The translations under genes were made by a program, and so were the position numbers. Shown here piece after piece: positions 45,497 through 57,800 of a stretch of 64,000 nucleotides of DNA. The notes under the pieces are model-generated. The model saw only the letters and a list, made by a program, of their open reading frames with translations, was not told where the DNA came from and did no database searches. Position 1 is the first letter of the stretch; each line of letters begins with the position of its first letter. The DNA is from Cyanophora paradoxa CCMP329 (Eukaryota > Plantae > Glaucophyta): contig QPMI01000472.1 in assembly GCA_004431415.1 (NCBI GenBank), forward strand, positions 124,001 through 188,000. Direction: 5' to 3'.

Positions 45497-48400
45497 ATGA
45501 GTTTCAATTATCCAGCAAACCTACAAACCATTCCCTCATCAGGAAGAGGGAAGACAGATAACAAACATGTAAATTTCGATAACTTGACAGCCAGAGGGTC
45601 AATCTCAATTGACCACAGTGCAGATGAACCCTCAAAGACTCACCCAAGAGAGCATGCACTTTCAATAAACGAAATGGATCCCGAAAAGGAGGATGTGAGT
45701 GTTGCTTTCAGCATGGGAAATGTGAAATCGAATCAGGTAGCCCAGATTAAAGCAACCAGGAGCAGACCAAGAAAACTGAAAACCAGTGGAACCCACCCAG
45801 ATATTCCAACTCGATTCGATAGTGGTAGGTTAATATTCAATGTTCAAAATGAGAAGGGTGGGCATCAGAGTGGTTTGAGAATCTATAATGAAGGATCAAA
45901 TGCAATTGCACAAATTCCCGAAATATTACAGATAGCCCCCCATGGAGAAACCAACAAAATCGAGTTCACTAACAATGTTTATCCAAGAGATATTGTGGAG
46001 AATGCGGCTTCTAATGCGCAATTCGGTTTCCAACTACCTGGTGATACAGCAAAGAATAAGGCGTCTATCACTGTCAACAGTAGCCCCACTCAATCAGTAA
46101 CAATTCATTTACATCCAGACCTTGTCGAAATGGATAGACACCTTTTACCTTTGGTGACAAACACCAAAGATCTTGGTATTAGAACCAGACAATGGCGAAA
46201 TATCCATGGAAGCAATGTCTATGCAAATGGAGAGAAACTTGTAAGTGAGAAGACCATAAGAGAGATCTTTGAGTATTATGGACCTGTCCCAGTTCCCTTC
46301 CCACTACCATGGGATCCACCAGATTTAACACCGAAAAAGCAACCAGGCAGAGAGTACACAGCAGATGAGACAGTTCCTTTTGGTCAACACATTGTGAGTT
46401 GGGAGCAGGTTCGAAATAAACCTATAATTGAACCAAGAAAGCAAATTGATGAGCAATATTTACCTCCTGAAATCGATATTTTGGAGCTTGACGAATACCA
46501 GTTCGTTCCAGATGAGGAGGAATACCTTCCTGATGGTTTCGACCCACAGGAGTATGAATATGATCAATATGACCCCAATGAGGAAGAGTATTTACCAGAT
46601 GGTTTAGATCCACAAGAGTATGAGTATGAGCAAAATTATGAACCCATGAGGAATATTTAGCAGATGGTCACGAACCACCAGTTGTGGATTATGAGCAACC
46701 ATATGAACCCCATGAAGAATTATTACCAGATGGATTTCGCCCAGAGATTTGGGAATTCTTCCCTGATTGGGAGCAGATCAACAATAAACCAGCCAGATTT
46801 CCACCAGAGGATCACAACCATGACTGGGATGAGATCTTAGGTAAACCAGAGAAATTCCCACCAGAGGATCATAGGCACGATTGGGAAGACATTGATAATG
46901 TCCCTCTCACATTTACACCATCTACACATCGTCACATTTGGAGCGAAATAGACGAACAGCCAGTTTTTGCACAATTAAATGCAATCGGAAACGTTTTTAA
47001 TGGGGTCACACTTTACCAATCGATTAATATACCTGAAAGGCTATTTTTGAATGATCATTATGTTAGTCTCAATGGGTCATTTACAGGTCAAGAAGGCACA
47101 CCGATGGTGGGAACTCTTGCAGTAAGATTACCCAGGGATCCAATCGTAAATGGAGTGTATAGTGGTGATTTCAACGTAGGAGTGAACGATACTTTCCCCA
47201 GTATTTATGTTACGAATTATCACCCAGGGGAAACAGGACAAGTAGCGGATTTTTCAGCAGCTATTCAAGTAAATGTAACGGATCAAAGCGCATATGATGG
47301 AGCAAGACCTAAAATAGTTTTCACAAGGGAGAAAGTTGTAAACTATCTTCCTGTTGCAGGACAACCCACAGATGATCACGGTAAATGTGAGATGGCGTGG
47401 ATTAAGACAACAACAGGTGGCGCCTTAGAAGTCAATCAGAGAATGGCGGCGAAAAACTTACATAATACAACCCTTTCCGGTGTTGTTACAGATGATTACT
47501 TAGAAAACAAAGATTATGTTACAAATACAGAATTACAGTTAGCTGTTACAGATTTTGTTACAGATACCGAATTAACGTCAGCTCTTGCGAATTATCTACC
47601 TCTCACAGGTGGAACTGTAACAGGAACTGTAAACGCTACCACTTTACAAATTGGTGGAACAACAATTCCAAAAGGTTATGATTTCGACCAATTAGATGTT
47701 ATTTCGACAGATAGAAGCGCAAATAATTGGAATTTAGGATGGACAGCAAGAACAGGACAAGCAGGATGTTATACAACACCACAAAATGATGAAGATTGTA
47801 GCGCTTGTTTTATGCGTTGGACAGTTCCAGAAGGTATGAAATCGTTTTACATTCAGCATATGCCGTGGGCGAATTGTCGATATTATGATATCTACGGGCA
47901 AACAGCCAATAATAACCAGCATTTCTTAAAACGTATAAATGCATATCAGGGAATCCAGGCAGTAAATCAAGATGGGACACATAATACTGTTTTGTTTGCC
48001 TCAATCAACTGTGAGTTTTACACAAAGATATTTGTTAAAGGTGGAAAAGGTCGCATTCATCTTACGGGGGTTTTCGGTTGGAGTAGACAGAGAGCGACAG
48101 ATAACGAGTTGGGGATGATTTCTTGGGATAATATATTTAGCAAACCATCATTTTATTCAGCCGCAGACCTCCCAGGAACAGCAACATGGACAGTGAACAA
48201 TTGGTTAAAATCAACAGACAATATAGAAAGATTTTGGTTTGGAAATGGTAATACGACATATATTCGAGGTTATGGAAACTCTGATAATGTTTGTGTGGAG
48301 TTTCGCAATGGCTCCGATTTAGCATTATTAAAATCATATAATAATGGTTATTTATGGGTAGGAGGAACTTTAAATGTTACTACAAGTGTAAGCGCACCAT

Positions 48401-50016
48401 CAATTACAGGAACTTCTATAAATGCAACAACCATAGATGTCGCAACATTAAAAAGAAATGGTTATGACGTTCCGAAATGTTACGCTTTTGATGACACAGT
48501 AGCAGGTGGCGCTTATCAGTTATCAAGCGGAACTTGGTTAACCGGTAGTGGGTGGTATTGGAATCCAGGATATAATTATGGAAGTTATGCACACAACAGT
48601 GAATACGATGATATAGCAGCTCCTTCAACTACTTGGATTCAGTATACAATACCCACAGCATTGGTTAATGGGACAGCATTCCTTACACATTTACCGTGGA
48701 CCAATGGTCGTTATTTTGAGATTTGGGGAGTCCGTAGTAATGGAGCAATTGTATTTATTACGAGAGTTAATAACTATCAGCCACATGACGGCAATAGCGA
48801 CGGTTACCACAATGGAGTTAATAATGTCCCTATTTTCCTTGCCGGTCGATTTACTCACATTCGTATTTATCCAAGAGTTGGGAGAGTTCACATAATGGGA
48901 ATTGGTTTTACACATGATCGAGCTAATAGTAGTTCATATGGTGGACACACCGGTTTTATTCATTGGAATAATGTTTACAGTAAACCTTCTATTCCTACAT
49001 CCTATCTGTCGTTAACAGATGTCACAAATTCTATTGGAAACATTACCAGTTTTGATGTGGTTTCAGGATGGAATAGTGCGACTGTATATTTTATAGGATC
49101 TTGGGGAACAGGTTGGAAACCTACAACAGACAATCCAGTAGAAGGATTTTATAGTATCATCGAAAATGATACCACAAGTGGTGACTACATGCAAATGGAA
49201 GTTCCCAGTGGAATGCGAACCTGTCATGTCCAGTATTTCTGTTGGACGAATTGTAGATATTTCGATATTGGAGGATATCGAAATGGTAGATGGAATCACA
49301 TAATGCGAGTGAATACGTATCAAAATATTTCAAATGTAGCCGATTCAAATTGGCATGATGGGTTAACATGGACATCCTTCTTTTGTGCGAATTTCTCACA
49401 TATTCGATTTATTGCAAGAAAGGGGAGATGTCACATTGGGATGATTGGATGGACAAAAGAAGTAGGAAGAACAGCACCAGCAAATGGAATGATAAGTTGG
49501 GATAATGTGTTTAGTAAACCAGGAACAGCAATATGGTCGCATAACACATGGTTAGCATCAACAGAAGGCTATTCACGTTTCTATTTTTCCAGTGATGGAA
49601 CCACATATATAAGAGGACATGGAACATATGTTTGTGTGTGGAGAGATGCAAATGATTGGGATATGGCGTCATTGGATAATGTGGGGACATTTTGGGTAAG
49701 GACACAATACCTTGCAAGTGATAGAAGATACAAAACAGATATTAAGAAGCTTACAGGCGCTTTACCAGCAATTGAAAGATTAGAAGGGGTGTCTTACAAG
49801 AAAAAAGATACCCAAAATGGTAGAACCTGTTTAGGACTAATAGCACAAGATGTGGAGAAAGTGATACCAGAAGTTGTTGGAAAAGGAAAGGATGGGCTGT
49901 TAGCAATTGAATACACAGCATTGGTTCCTGTTCTCATAGAAGCCGTTAAAGAATTATCCCAGAAATGCAAGAGTCTACAAGATCAAATAGACCAAATTAA
50001 AAATGTCACATTATAA
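45497..50016 (+). CDS. Fibre/receptor-binding protein with C-terminal peptidase S74 chaperone (frameshift near 46645)
   Basis: HxHxW repeats, YLPLTGGT, SDRRYKTDI...GLIAQDV...LIEAVKEL; colinear with intact 1997-aa homologue in B. Confidence 0.88.
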
Positions 50017-50019
50017 TAA

Positions 50020-50325
50020 ATGGCGACCTATCCACTTGGTGGAACCACCTATTCTACTGAGCCTGTTGCGCTTTCTTTTGATACGATCACCCTTGTAAAC
50101 GCATTACAAACAGTTGAAAAAACGATTCAGCAAACTAACAAACTGTCACCGGTTGTTCATGAATATAAAAACCTCTTGGTTAATGTCCTTGCGCAATCGG
50201 CTCATGGTGACCCAGTAAAAAAATATGGTGAATGTGATTCTAACCTCAAAGCGATGACATCCAACATCCAATGTCTAACAACCGCTTACCAATCTCTTGG
50301 ATCCAATCTAATTGCTTTGGCTTGA
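50020..50325 (+). CDS. Conserved small viral protein
   Basis: Equal-length homologue at 54530..54835. Confidence 0.75.
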   Translation: MATYPLGGTTYSTEPVALSFDTITLVNALQTVEKTIQQTNKLSPVVHEYKNLLVNVLAQSAHGDPVKKYGECDSNLKAMTSNIQCLTTAYQSLGSNLIALA

Positions 50326-50364
50326 ATGGTGTTTATTTTTCTTTCCTTCTTAGTAAAAGAAGCA

Positions 50365-50706
50365 ATGGGTGAATATAATCGAGTTCAACTTCCAATATAT
50401 TCCCTTGGATCCCCTGCAATGCACTTTCGCCAACACGAAGTTAATGATGAAGTTCGTGGTTTAGAATCCACAGAGAGACCCAATTCCAATGGTAACTCCT
50501 TTGATAAAAATTCGATTATTCGAGTTAAAGAACTGAGAGCAGACAAGAATTCTGGTGTGGTTAAAACAACTCGACTCCTTGTCTCAAATGCAAACTTTTT
50601 TCAACCTACTAATGGAGGTCCTGATGCATACAGTGTTGATCTGAAAGCCCTCGATTTCGATAAGAATTCTGCTGCTGTTACTGTGAGATCAGGAGGAGAC
50701 ACATAG
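50365..50706 (+). pseudogene. Viral gene truncated by insertion of element B
   Basis: Nearly identical to 53645..54490 up to VTVRSGG, then reads into the ACACAT terminus and stops. Confidence 0.88.
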
Positions 50707-50982
50707 TAAAATGCGGAGTTTTAACCCTCGGCTTAATCTTAATTGATTTTGTTGATATATCTCGTATATTCTATTTCAATCAATCGATAATCTGTGTATA
50801 TCTTATCGAATATTCATTTATTTCGATTATTTTGTATTCTTTTCGATATTTTATCGTAAATTTCTCTTATTTTCCGATTAGTCTTACTGAGTTAATCGAT
50901 AATCTGTATATATTTCCGAATAATATAACTGAATCTCAATTAGATCTTGCCTCTGGTTAAAACTCCGCATTTTACTATGTGT
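50699..50982. repeat. Terminal stem-loop of element B: perfect 28-bp arms, 228-nt AT-rich spacer
   Basis: ACACATAGTAAAATGCGGAGTTTTAACC (50699-50726) / GGTTAAAACTCCGCATTTTACTATGTGT (50955-50982). Confidence 0.95.
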
Positions 50983-51224
50983 GATTGGTCTTTTTGTTAA
51001 TTGATTTAATCGATATTATATTCATGTACTTTCTCGATTAAATTTAATTAAATTTAATTCATTTAATCGGAAATATATCGCTTAACTCGATTAAGATCCA
51101 TAAATGATTCATTTGTTTATATTAACAAATCGATCTCTTATTGAATTCAATCGTAATTATACATGAAACTTATATGATTTTATCATTGTTTTGTTGAGTC
51201 TAAGGGGGGACCCTTAGGATTTTG

Positions 51225-51990
51225 GGTGTGACAGGTGTGACAGGTGTGACAGGTCAATCCCAAGGAAAGTCCTAGTGAGAAATTGATTTTTAAAATCCAC
51301 GGGATAAACCTGTCACACCTGTCACACAAACCATATTCAGTAAGGACCTCATATATTGTGAAAATCTCAGTGTTAGTTGGTGTTAAATCTTTCAGGCAGC
51401 ATTTATTTGTCAGGCATTAAATCTATCGATTTTCATAAAGTATTTTATTTTGGCTAAGTCATTGTTTGGATTAACAATGAAATTTCAATTTTATAAAAGT
51501 TTTCTAAAAAGGTGCCTGACAATGCCTGACATACTATATTAGTGCCTGACAACTATATTATAGTGCCTGACAAACCATATATGGTAATACTATATGATAT
51601 AAACTACTTTCTCAGTGTTAGTTGGTGTAGTTGATTCAAAAAATGCATTTTATACTCTGATTCATTGTTATTTCCTGTGAAATTTGAGTCAACTCAACCC
51701 ACTTAGTCAACCCTTGCATTGAATTCGTAACAAAATCCAAATACTATTACTACTTTTACGATTAATATGAGTCAACCTTGAGTCCACTTTAATATAAATA
51801 TTATATAATAGGGGGAATCTAGGGGAGATGCTGAGTGTTATTGTAAGGAAATCGAATAGTATTCGAAATACTTGACATTGCTTAATGTAGGGTGCATTCA
51901 TATTTCGGCTACATCATACAGTAGAATTCTATTGTAACAAAAGCTACTGTAGAAAGAAAATCATTGTAGAAAGCTATTGTAGGAAAGGAT
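51225..51990. repeat. Array of iteron-like modules with different repeat units
   Basis: GGTGTGACA/TGTCACAC; TGTCAGGCA/TGCCTGACA; GAGTCAAC; (A/C)TTGTAG-like; linker TCTCAGTGTTAGTTGGTGT twice. Confidence 0.75.
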
Positions 51991-52065
51991 ATATTATATC
52001 CTTTTTTAACGATTGCCATTGTAATAAAAAAGGTAAATCACCCTGATCACCATAATAGAAACCCA

Positions 52066-52464
52066 TCAAAACGGGAATCTATCATGTTTATGTCTCTCAG
52101 TCTTCTCAAATGTTAAGAAATTCATTGTTTTATCGATCTCATCAGCAACTGCTTGTGTTTTATGCTGAGCTTCTTTACCACAACTGAATATATCAATTGC
52201 TAACATGCCTTCATTGGAATAACAATGAGCTGTGCAATGGCTTTCATCTAATAGCAGAACTAATGCAAAACCAGGAGGTGATAGTTTGCCATCAAATATC
52301 TCACAGTGTTTATGAACAATCCTAATACCTTGTCTCAGTATAGCTTGTTCAAGGGTTCCCATAATCCAATTACCTAGGAAGCTCACATGCTCATGACCTG
52401 TTGCTATAGCTGATTTAGCTTTGTAATCAAGCATAACATGAAAGCCTCTGTATTTAGTCTCCAT
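52066..52464 (-). CDS. speD: S-adenosylmethionine decarboxylase proenzyme, short prokaryotic-type pyruvoyl enzyme
   Basis: GFHVMLD...F..PPGFALVLLLDESHCTAHCY.NEG.LAIDIFSCG with ESH self-cleavage site. Confidence 0.85.
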   Translation of the reverse strand: METKYRGFHVMLDYKAKSAIATGHEHVSFLGNWIMGTLEQAILRQGIRIVHKHCEIFDGKLSPPGFALVLLLDESHCTAHCYSNEGMLAIDIFSCGKEAQHKTQAVADEIDKTMNFLTFEKTERHKHDRFPF

Positions 52465-52487
52465 TAAGAATACCTTAGAAAAATTAA

Positions 52488-52766
52488 TTAAACATAATCG
52501 AACCGAATGCAAACATCCCTATATTCTACAGTTATTGATGAAGTAGCCCTTTTCCTATGTGCTTGACTTTTTCTTTTATTACAGTCCCTACACCCTGATC
52601 CCTTCACATGATTAAAGGGATATGTAAGGATCACCTTATTACACTGCAAACATCTAACAGATACTTTCTCTTGAGCTTTGATGTAATGTGTCTCACTGTA
52701 ATCGAATTTATCTTTACCATGGACTGTCATAGCAGCATCAATAAACTTTTTTGTTTTAATATCCAT
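52488..52766 (-). CDS. DUF723/CapR-like zinc-ribbon protein
   Basis: FI..A..VHG..FDYS..HY.....KV...C..C......NH..G.GC..C. Confidence 0.7.
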   Translation of the reverse strand: MDIKTKKFIDAAMTVHGKDKFDYSETHYIKAQEKVSVRCLQCNKVILTYPFNHVKGSGCRDCNKRKSQAHRKRATSSITVEYRDVCIRFDYV

Positions 52767-52788
52767 ACTCTATATATAACCAATATTC

Positions 52789-53621
52789 TTATGGAGCAGT
52801 ATCCTGCCCAAAAATGGGGAAATATCGATTTGTCCCATAGTATTCAGCATAGGTATTCTGCTTTGCAATAAAATCGGTTCTCTCTGCAAACATCACACAC
52901 TTGTAGATACCAAACTTGGTGGCTCTCACTAGAAACTGATAGTCTTCCAAACCGAAATTGACTCCATGATAAGCAATACCGAAATTATCATATGGGGTGA
53001 TCACTACTGCAAAGTTGGGAGTTCCACCTTCAACTTGGCATACAGCATAAACATCTGGTGGAATATCCACAACTACCTTGTAGTGGTCACCAATCTCAAC
53101 AAGAGAGTCTACTACTGCTGTTTGTTCATTCACAACAATTGGGAATATCTTGATTATATAGGGAGCATTCATGCTGGGGACATAGGTTCGAATTCTTGTG
53201 TTGGGATCAATGGGATTGGGTTGATCATTCACAAATAGAGGCGCTCCAACAGCCCCACCAACCCTAAGACCATCACCAATATAAGCTCCCCCCGATTTGC
53301 AGTTAATAGCTCCCGACCTAGATTCAAAAGAATAAGTAGACAGAGGATCTCCATAGCTATCTGGGTCTCCATAATGAGCAGAAAAGTTTGCATTTGTGAC
53401 AAGTAGCTTAGTTGTCTTAACTATTCCATTATTTTTATCACATCTGAGTTCCTGTAATCTCAGCTTGTGGTGGAACCAAATGTATTCATTGTAGGTTGGA
53501 CCTCTGTGGATTGGAGACCTTCCACATCATCAAAGGTAGCATGCTGTAAAACATGGTTTGCTGGTGCAGCTAATGAAAGCTGAGGTGTAATAATTCGTTC
53601 AAGTGGGGGTTGCTCAGCCAT
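52789..53621 (-). CDS. Paralogue of 53645..54490 (frameshifted; C-terminal ORF 52789..53232)
   Basis: Upstream frames give ELRCDKNNGIVKTTKLLVTNANF vs ELRADKNSGVVKTTRLLVTNANF; RIRTYVP vs RIRLYTP; ERTD vs IRTD. Confidence 0.7.
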
Positions 53622-53644
53622 TTTACATTAAAGGGATATATCTT

Positions 53645-54490
53645 TTATGGGGTTGGGTCATCAATAATATCTGGTTCCGAATAAAACCCTGTAACTGAAA
53701 GAGTATCAGGAGTAACACCTCTAAGAGCTGAGACAGCAGCTATATCTGTTCTGATACCCATAACTGTAATTGTATATTTTCCAATATCTGTAACAAACAG
53801 ATCATAGGTGAAATTGTTATTATAAACACAGAACCCTGTGCCAAAATGATCATATCCTTGAACACTGAAATGGTATCTGTGACCTGTCTGGTTATTGTTG
53901 GCTCTACATAAAGAAAGCATTGCAGAAGGAATGACCAGCCCTCTCATTACTCTTTTGGTTCCTTCAATCAATTCAGAGTTTTCAAGTGTGACAGTATAAC
54001 CTTGGTAAAATTGAATAAGTGGCTGCTGTGCAACAGGAGTATATAATCGAATTCGTTGTGGGTTCTCTACATTTTGTTCAAGAGTATCTGGGACATCATT
54101 ATACGAAATTGAGGATGAAAGCTGACCTGAAACTCTGCAGCCACCACCAATAAAAGCTCCTCCTGATCTCACAGTTACAGCAGCAGTGTTTTTATCATAA
54201 TCAAGGGCTTTCAGATCAACACTGTAAGCATCAGGACCTCCATTAGTAGGCTGAAAGAAGTTAGCATTTGTGACAAGAAGTCGAGTTGTTTTAACCACAC
54301 CTGAATTCTTGTCAGCTCTCAGCTCTTTAACTCGAATAATCGAATTTTTATCAAAGGAGTTGCCATTGGAATTGGGTCTCTCTGTGGATTCTAAACCGCG
54401 AACCTCATCATTTACTTCATGCTGGCGAAAATGCATTGCAGGGGATCCAAGGGAATATATAGGCAGTTGAACTCGATTATATTCACCCAT
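53645..54490 (-). CDS. Conserved viral protein, possibly fibre-associated
   Basis: Intact homologue of the truncated 50365 gene; start MGEYNRVQLP. Confidence 0.75.
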   Translation of the reverse strand: MGEYNRVQLPIYSLGSPAMHFRQHEVNDEVRGLESTERPNSNGNSFDKNSIIRVKELRADKNSGVVKTTRLLVTNANFFQPTNGGPDAYSVDLKALDYDKNTAAVTVRSGGAFIGGGCRVSGQLSSSISYNDVPDTLEQNVENPQRIRLYTPVAQQPLIQFYQGYTVTLENSELIEGTKRVMRGLVIPSAMLSLCRANNNQTGHRYHFSVQGYDHFGTGFCVYNNNFTYDLFVTDIGKYTITVMGIRTDIAAVSALRGVTPDTLSVTGFYSEPDIIDDPTP

Positions 54491-54529
54491 TGCTTCTTTT
54501 ACTAAGAAGGAAAGAAAAATAAACTGCAA

Positions 54530-54835
54530 TCAAGCCAAAGTGATTAAATTCGATCCAAGGGATTGGTAGGCAACTGAAAGTGATTGAAGGTTGGATGTCA
54601 TTGATTTGATGTTGTTATCACATTCAGTGTATTTAGCTACAGGGTCACCATATGCAGATTTGGCAAGGACATTAACCAAGAGGTTTTTATACTCATTTAC
54701 AACTGGTGAGAGCTTGTTAGTTTGCTGAATCGTTTTTTCAACTGTTTGTCATGCGTTGACAAGCTTGATTGTATCAAAAGCAACAGCAACAGGCTCAGAA
54801 GAATAGGAGGTTCCACCAAGAGGATAGGTCGCCAT
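54530..54835 (-). pseudogene. Homologue of 50020..50325 with internal TGA; missed by the ORF track
   Basis: MATYPLGGTSYSSEPV...; Leu codon TTA in A is TGA here (54749-54751). Confidence 0.8.
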
Positions 54836-54838
54836 TTA

Positions 54839-57800
54839 TTATACTGTGACATTTTTAATTTGGTCTATTTGATACTGTAGACTTTGACAGGTTTCAGTTA
54901 GATCTTTGCATTTTTGGGACAACTCCTTCACAGCCTCTATGAGAACTGGAACCAATCCTGTGTATTCAAGAGATAGATAACCATCATCATGTTTCACATT
55001 CACAATCTCTGGTATAACCTTTTGGACATCTTGTGCAATTAAACCTAATTTCGCTCCATCTTTTTCATTTCCAATTCGTTTAAAACTCACTCCTTCTAAT
55101 TTCTCAATTGCTGAAAGAGCGCCTGTTATCTGTTTAATGTCTGTTTTGTATCTTCTGTCACTTCCTTGTGTGAGGTATGCGGCAATATACATATATCCAC
55201 TTTGTTCCAAATATCCTATGTTCACATCTGATCCATTTCTAAATTCTACAACTGTTGCTGAATGACCCCTGATATATGTTGTCCCACTGGATTCAAAATA
55301 TATTCTCTGATAACCTTCGCTTGATGTAATCCAAGTATTTGTTGCCCAAGTGGTTCGCTCATCTTTACTATATACATTATCCCAACTGATCAAACCATTT
55401 GCTGGTGAGGTTCTCCCTTTTTCTTTCGTCCATCCAACCATACCAATATAACATCTCCCTTTTCTTGCAACAAATCTTACATGTGTGAAATAATCACAAG
55501 CAAAAGAAGCCCACGCCAATCCATCGTGATAATCTGGGGTTCCATAATTTGAGACAGTCTGATAAGTATTAACTCGCATAATGTGGAACCATCGACCTGC
55601 TCGATAGCCTCCAATATCGAAATATCGACTATTCGACCAACACAAATATTGGACATGGCATGTTTGCATATTTGCTGGGACTTCAATTTGCGCCCAATCT
55701 CCACTTGTGGAATCATCTGCTATATAGCTGTAAAATCCCTCCACAGGATTAGAATAAGAAGCCGTCCAACCTGTTGTCCAACCACCACTAAATGATAGAC
55801 CACCACTACCTGTTCCACTCCAAGTATCAAAACCTGTAATATTTCCAACTAAATTTGTTGTTAGTAGATTTGGTTTACTATAAATGTTATCCCAAGAAAC
55901 ATAACCTGTGTGACCACCATAACTACTTCCTGTCCAAGTGCGAGTAAATCCAATGCCCATTATGTGAACTCTTCCTACCTTTGGAATAATACGAAGGCGA
56001 ATAAAGCGATTTCCCAACATAATAGGGACATTTTGTAAACCATTGTGGTTTCCATCTGGTGCGCTTTCATATTGATGATAACTATTCACTCTTGCAATGA
56101 AAACCGCATTTCCTTGTCTATTAATTCCCCAAATCTCAAAGTAACGACAATTTACCCAAGGGAGATATGTTAAGTGGGCTGTTCCTGTATATAAATCAGT
56201 GGGTATTGTGTAATCAACCCATGAGCCGTTAACAACAGTGTCGCCACTCTCATTATTGTAAGCATACCCACCGTAATTATAGTAGGGTTCCCATGCTGTT
56301 CCACCTTCAAAACCCCAACCTCCTGCATAACCATGTGGCGAATTTGCTGCAACTGATGCATCATATTCTACACATCGAGGCATTGTTTTGTCGCCAAATT
56401 TATAATTTGTAGTCGCATTAATTGAACCCCCATTAATAATCGTTCCACTTATAGTCGGAGCTATCAAAGTATTAGTAATCGCAAGGTTGCCGTTTTCATA
56501 TGATTGTAAAATTGTAGCATTTGCTGAGTTTCTGAATACAACACACGCATTATCTCCATTTGTTCTCCCTCGTATATATGTGCAATCATTATTACCAAAC
56601 CAAAATCTTTCTATATTGTCTGTTGATTTTAACCATGTATCAGTTGTCCATTTTGCTGTTCCTGGAAGGTCTGCGGCTGTAAATAATGCTGGTTTACTAT
56701 ACACATTATCCCAACTTATCAAACCATTCGCTGGCGCTGTTCTACCTACTTCTTTTGTCCATCCAAGCATTCCAATGTGAGTTCGTCCTTTCTTTGCGAA
56801 AATTCCAATATATGAGAAACTCCCACAAAATACGGATGTCCATAATAAACTCGAATGCCAAGCTGTGTCGGCTGTGTTTTGAACATTTTGATACGTATTT
56901 ACTCTCATAATATAATTCCATCGACTGTTGCGGTATCCGTAAATATCAAAATATCTGTGATTGGTCCAACATAAGTATTGTATGTGACATGTTTTCATTC
57001 CTGCCGGCACTTGACATTGCATATACCCACTACCACTTTCATCATCTATTTGGTTGCTATAAAAACCTTCCACTGGGTTATCTGTTGTGGGTTTCCATCC
57101 TGTTGTCCAAGCTCCGGCTGGGAATGATACACCTGTGCTATTCCAACCACTCACCACATCGAAATCGGAATATTTGCCGACAGGATTAAAAGCGATATTA
57201 TCATAATGAATTAATCCAACATCATTATCGGTTGCTCTCTGACGACTCCAACCAAACACACCCGTAAAATAAATGCGACCTTTTACACCTTTTACCACAA
57301 TCTTTTTATAGAAATCACAGTTTATAGAAGTATAGATAATAGCATTATAGGTACCATCTTGAATTCCGCTATCTTGTATTGCTTGATAGTGATTAACACG
57401 TTTTAGGAAATGCTGATGTCCATTCACAGTTTCACCGTAAATGTCGAAATATCTACAATTATGCCAATTTAAAAGTTGAATATAAAACGATTTCATACCC
57501 TCTGGTATTGCCCAACGCATCCAACAACCCGTAACATCAGCATCATTCTCAGGTGTGGTGTAACATCCTGTTTGTCCTGTTCTATGTCCTGTCCAATTAA
57601 CAGTCCAATTATTTGCGCTTCTGTCTGTCGAAACCACATCTAATTGGTCAAAATCGTAACCTTTTGGTATTGTGGTTCCACCAATTTGTAGAGTGGTAGC
57701 ATTCACAGTTCCATTGACAGTCCCACCTGTAAGAGGTAGATAATTCGCAAGAGCTGATGTTAACTCTGCATCAGTTGTATAACTGCTTAAATCTGCAGAA

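Larger units (their letters stand above)
26316..50698. mobile_element. Endogenous Polinton-like virus, element A (right end not in window)
   Basis: Abrupt switch to AT-rich, intronless, gene-dense DNA with pPolB, rve integrase, A32-like ATPase, capsid-like genes and primase-helicase. Confidence 0.92.

Noticed and set aside
26316-50698. Adenain-like maturation protease expected in Polintons and virophages
   Set aside because: No His-Asp-Gln-Cys pattern recognised; it could lie outside the window, so absence is not claimed.
50699-50982. Stand-alone MITE with 28-bp TIRs
   Set aside because: No TSD, and the interrupted gene does not resume after 50982; the same holds for 26316-26400.
51707-51901. 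ORF starting MNAPYI, matching a hexapeptide in 52789..53232
   Set aside because: No similarity beyond six residues; lies in the iteron region.
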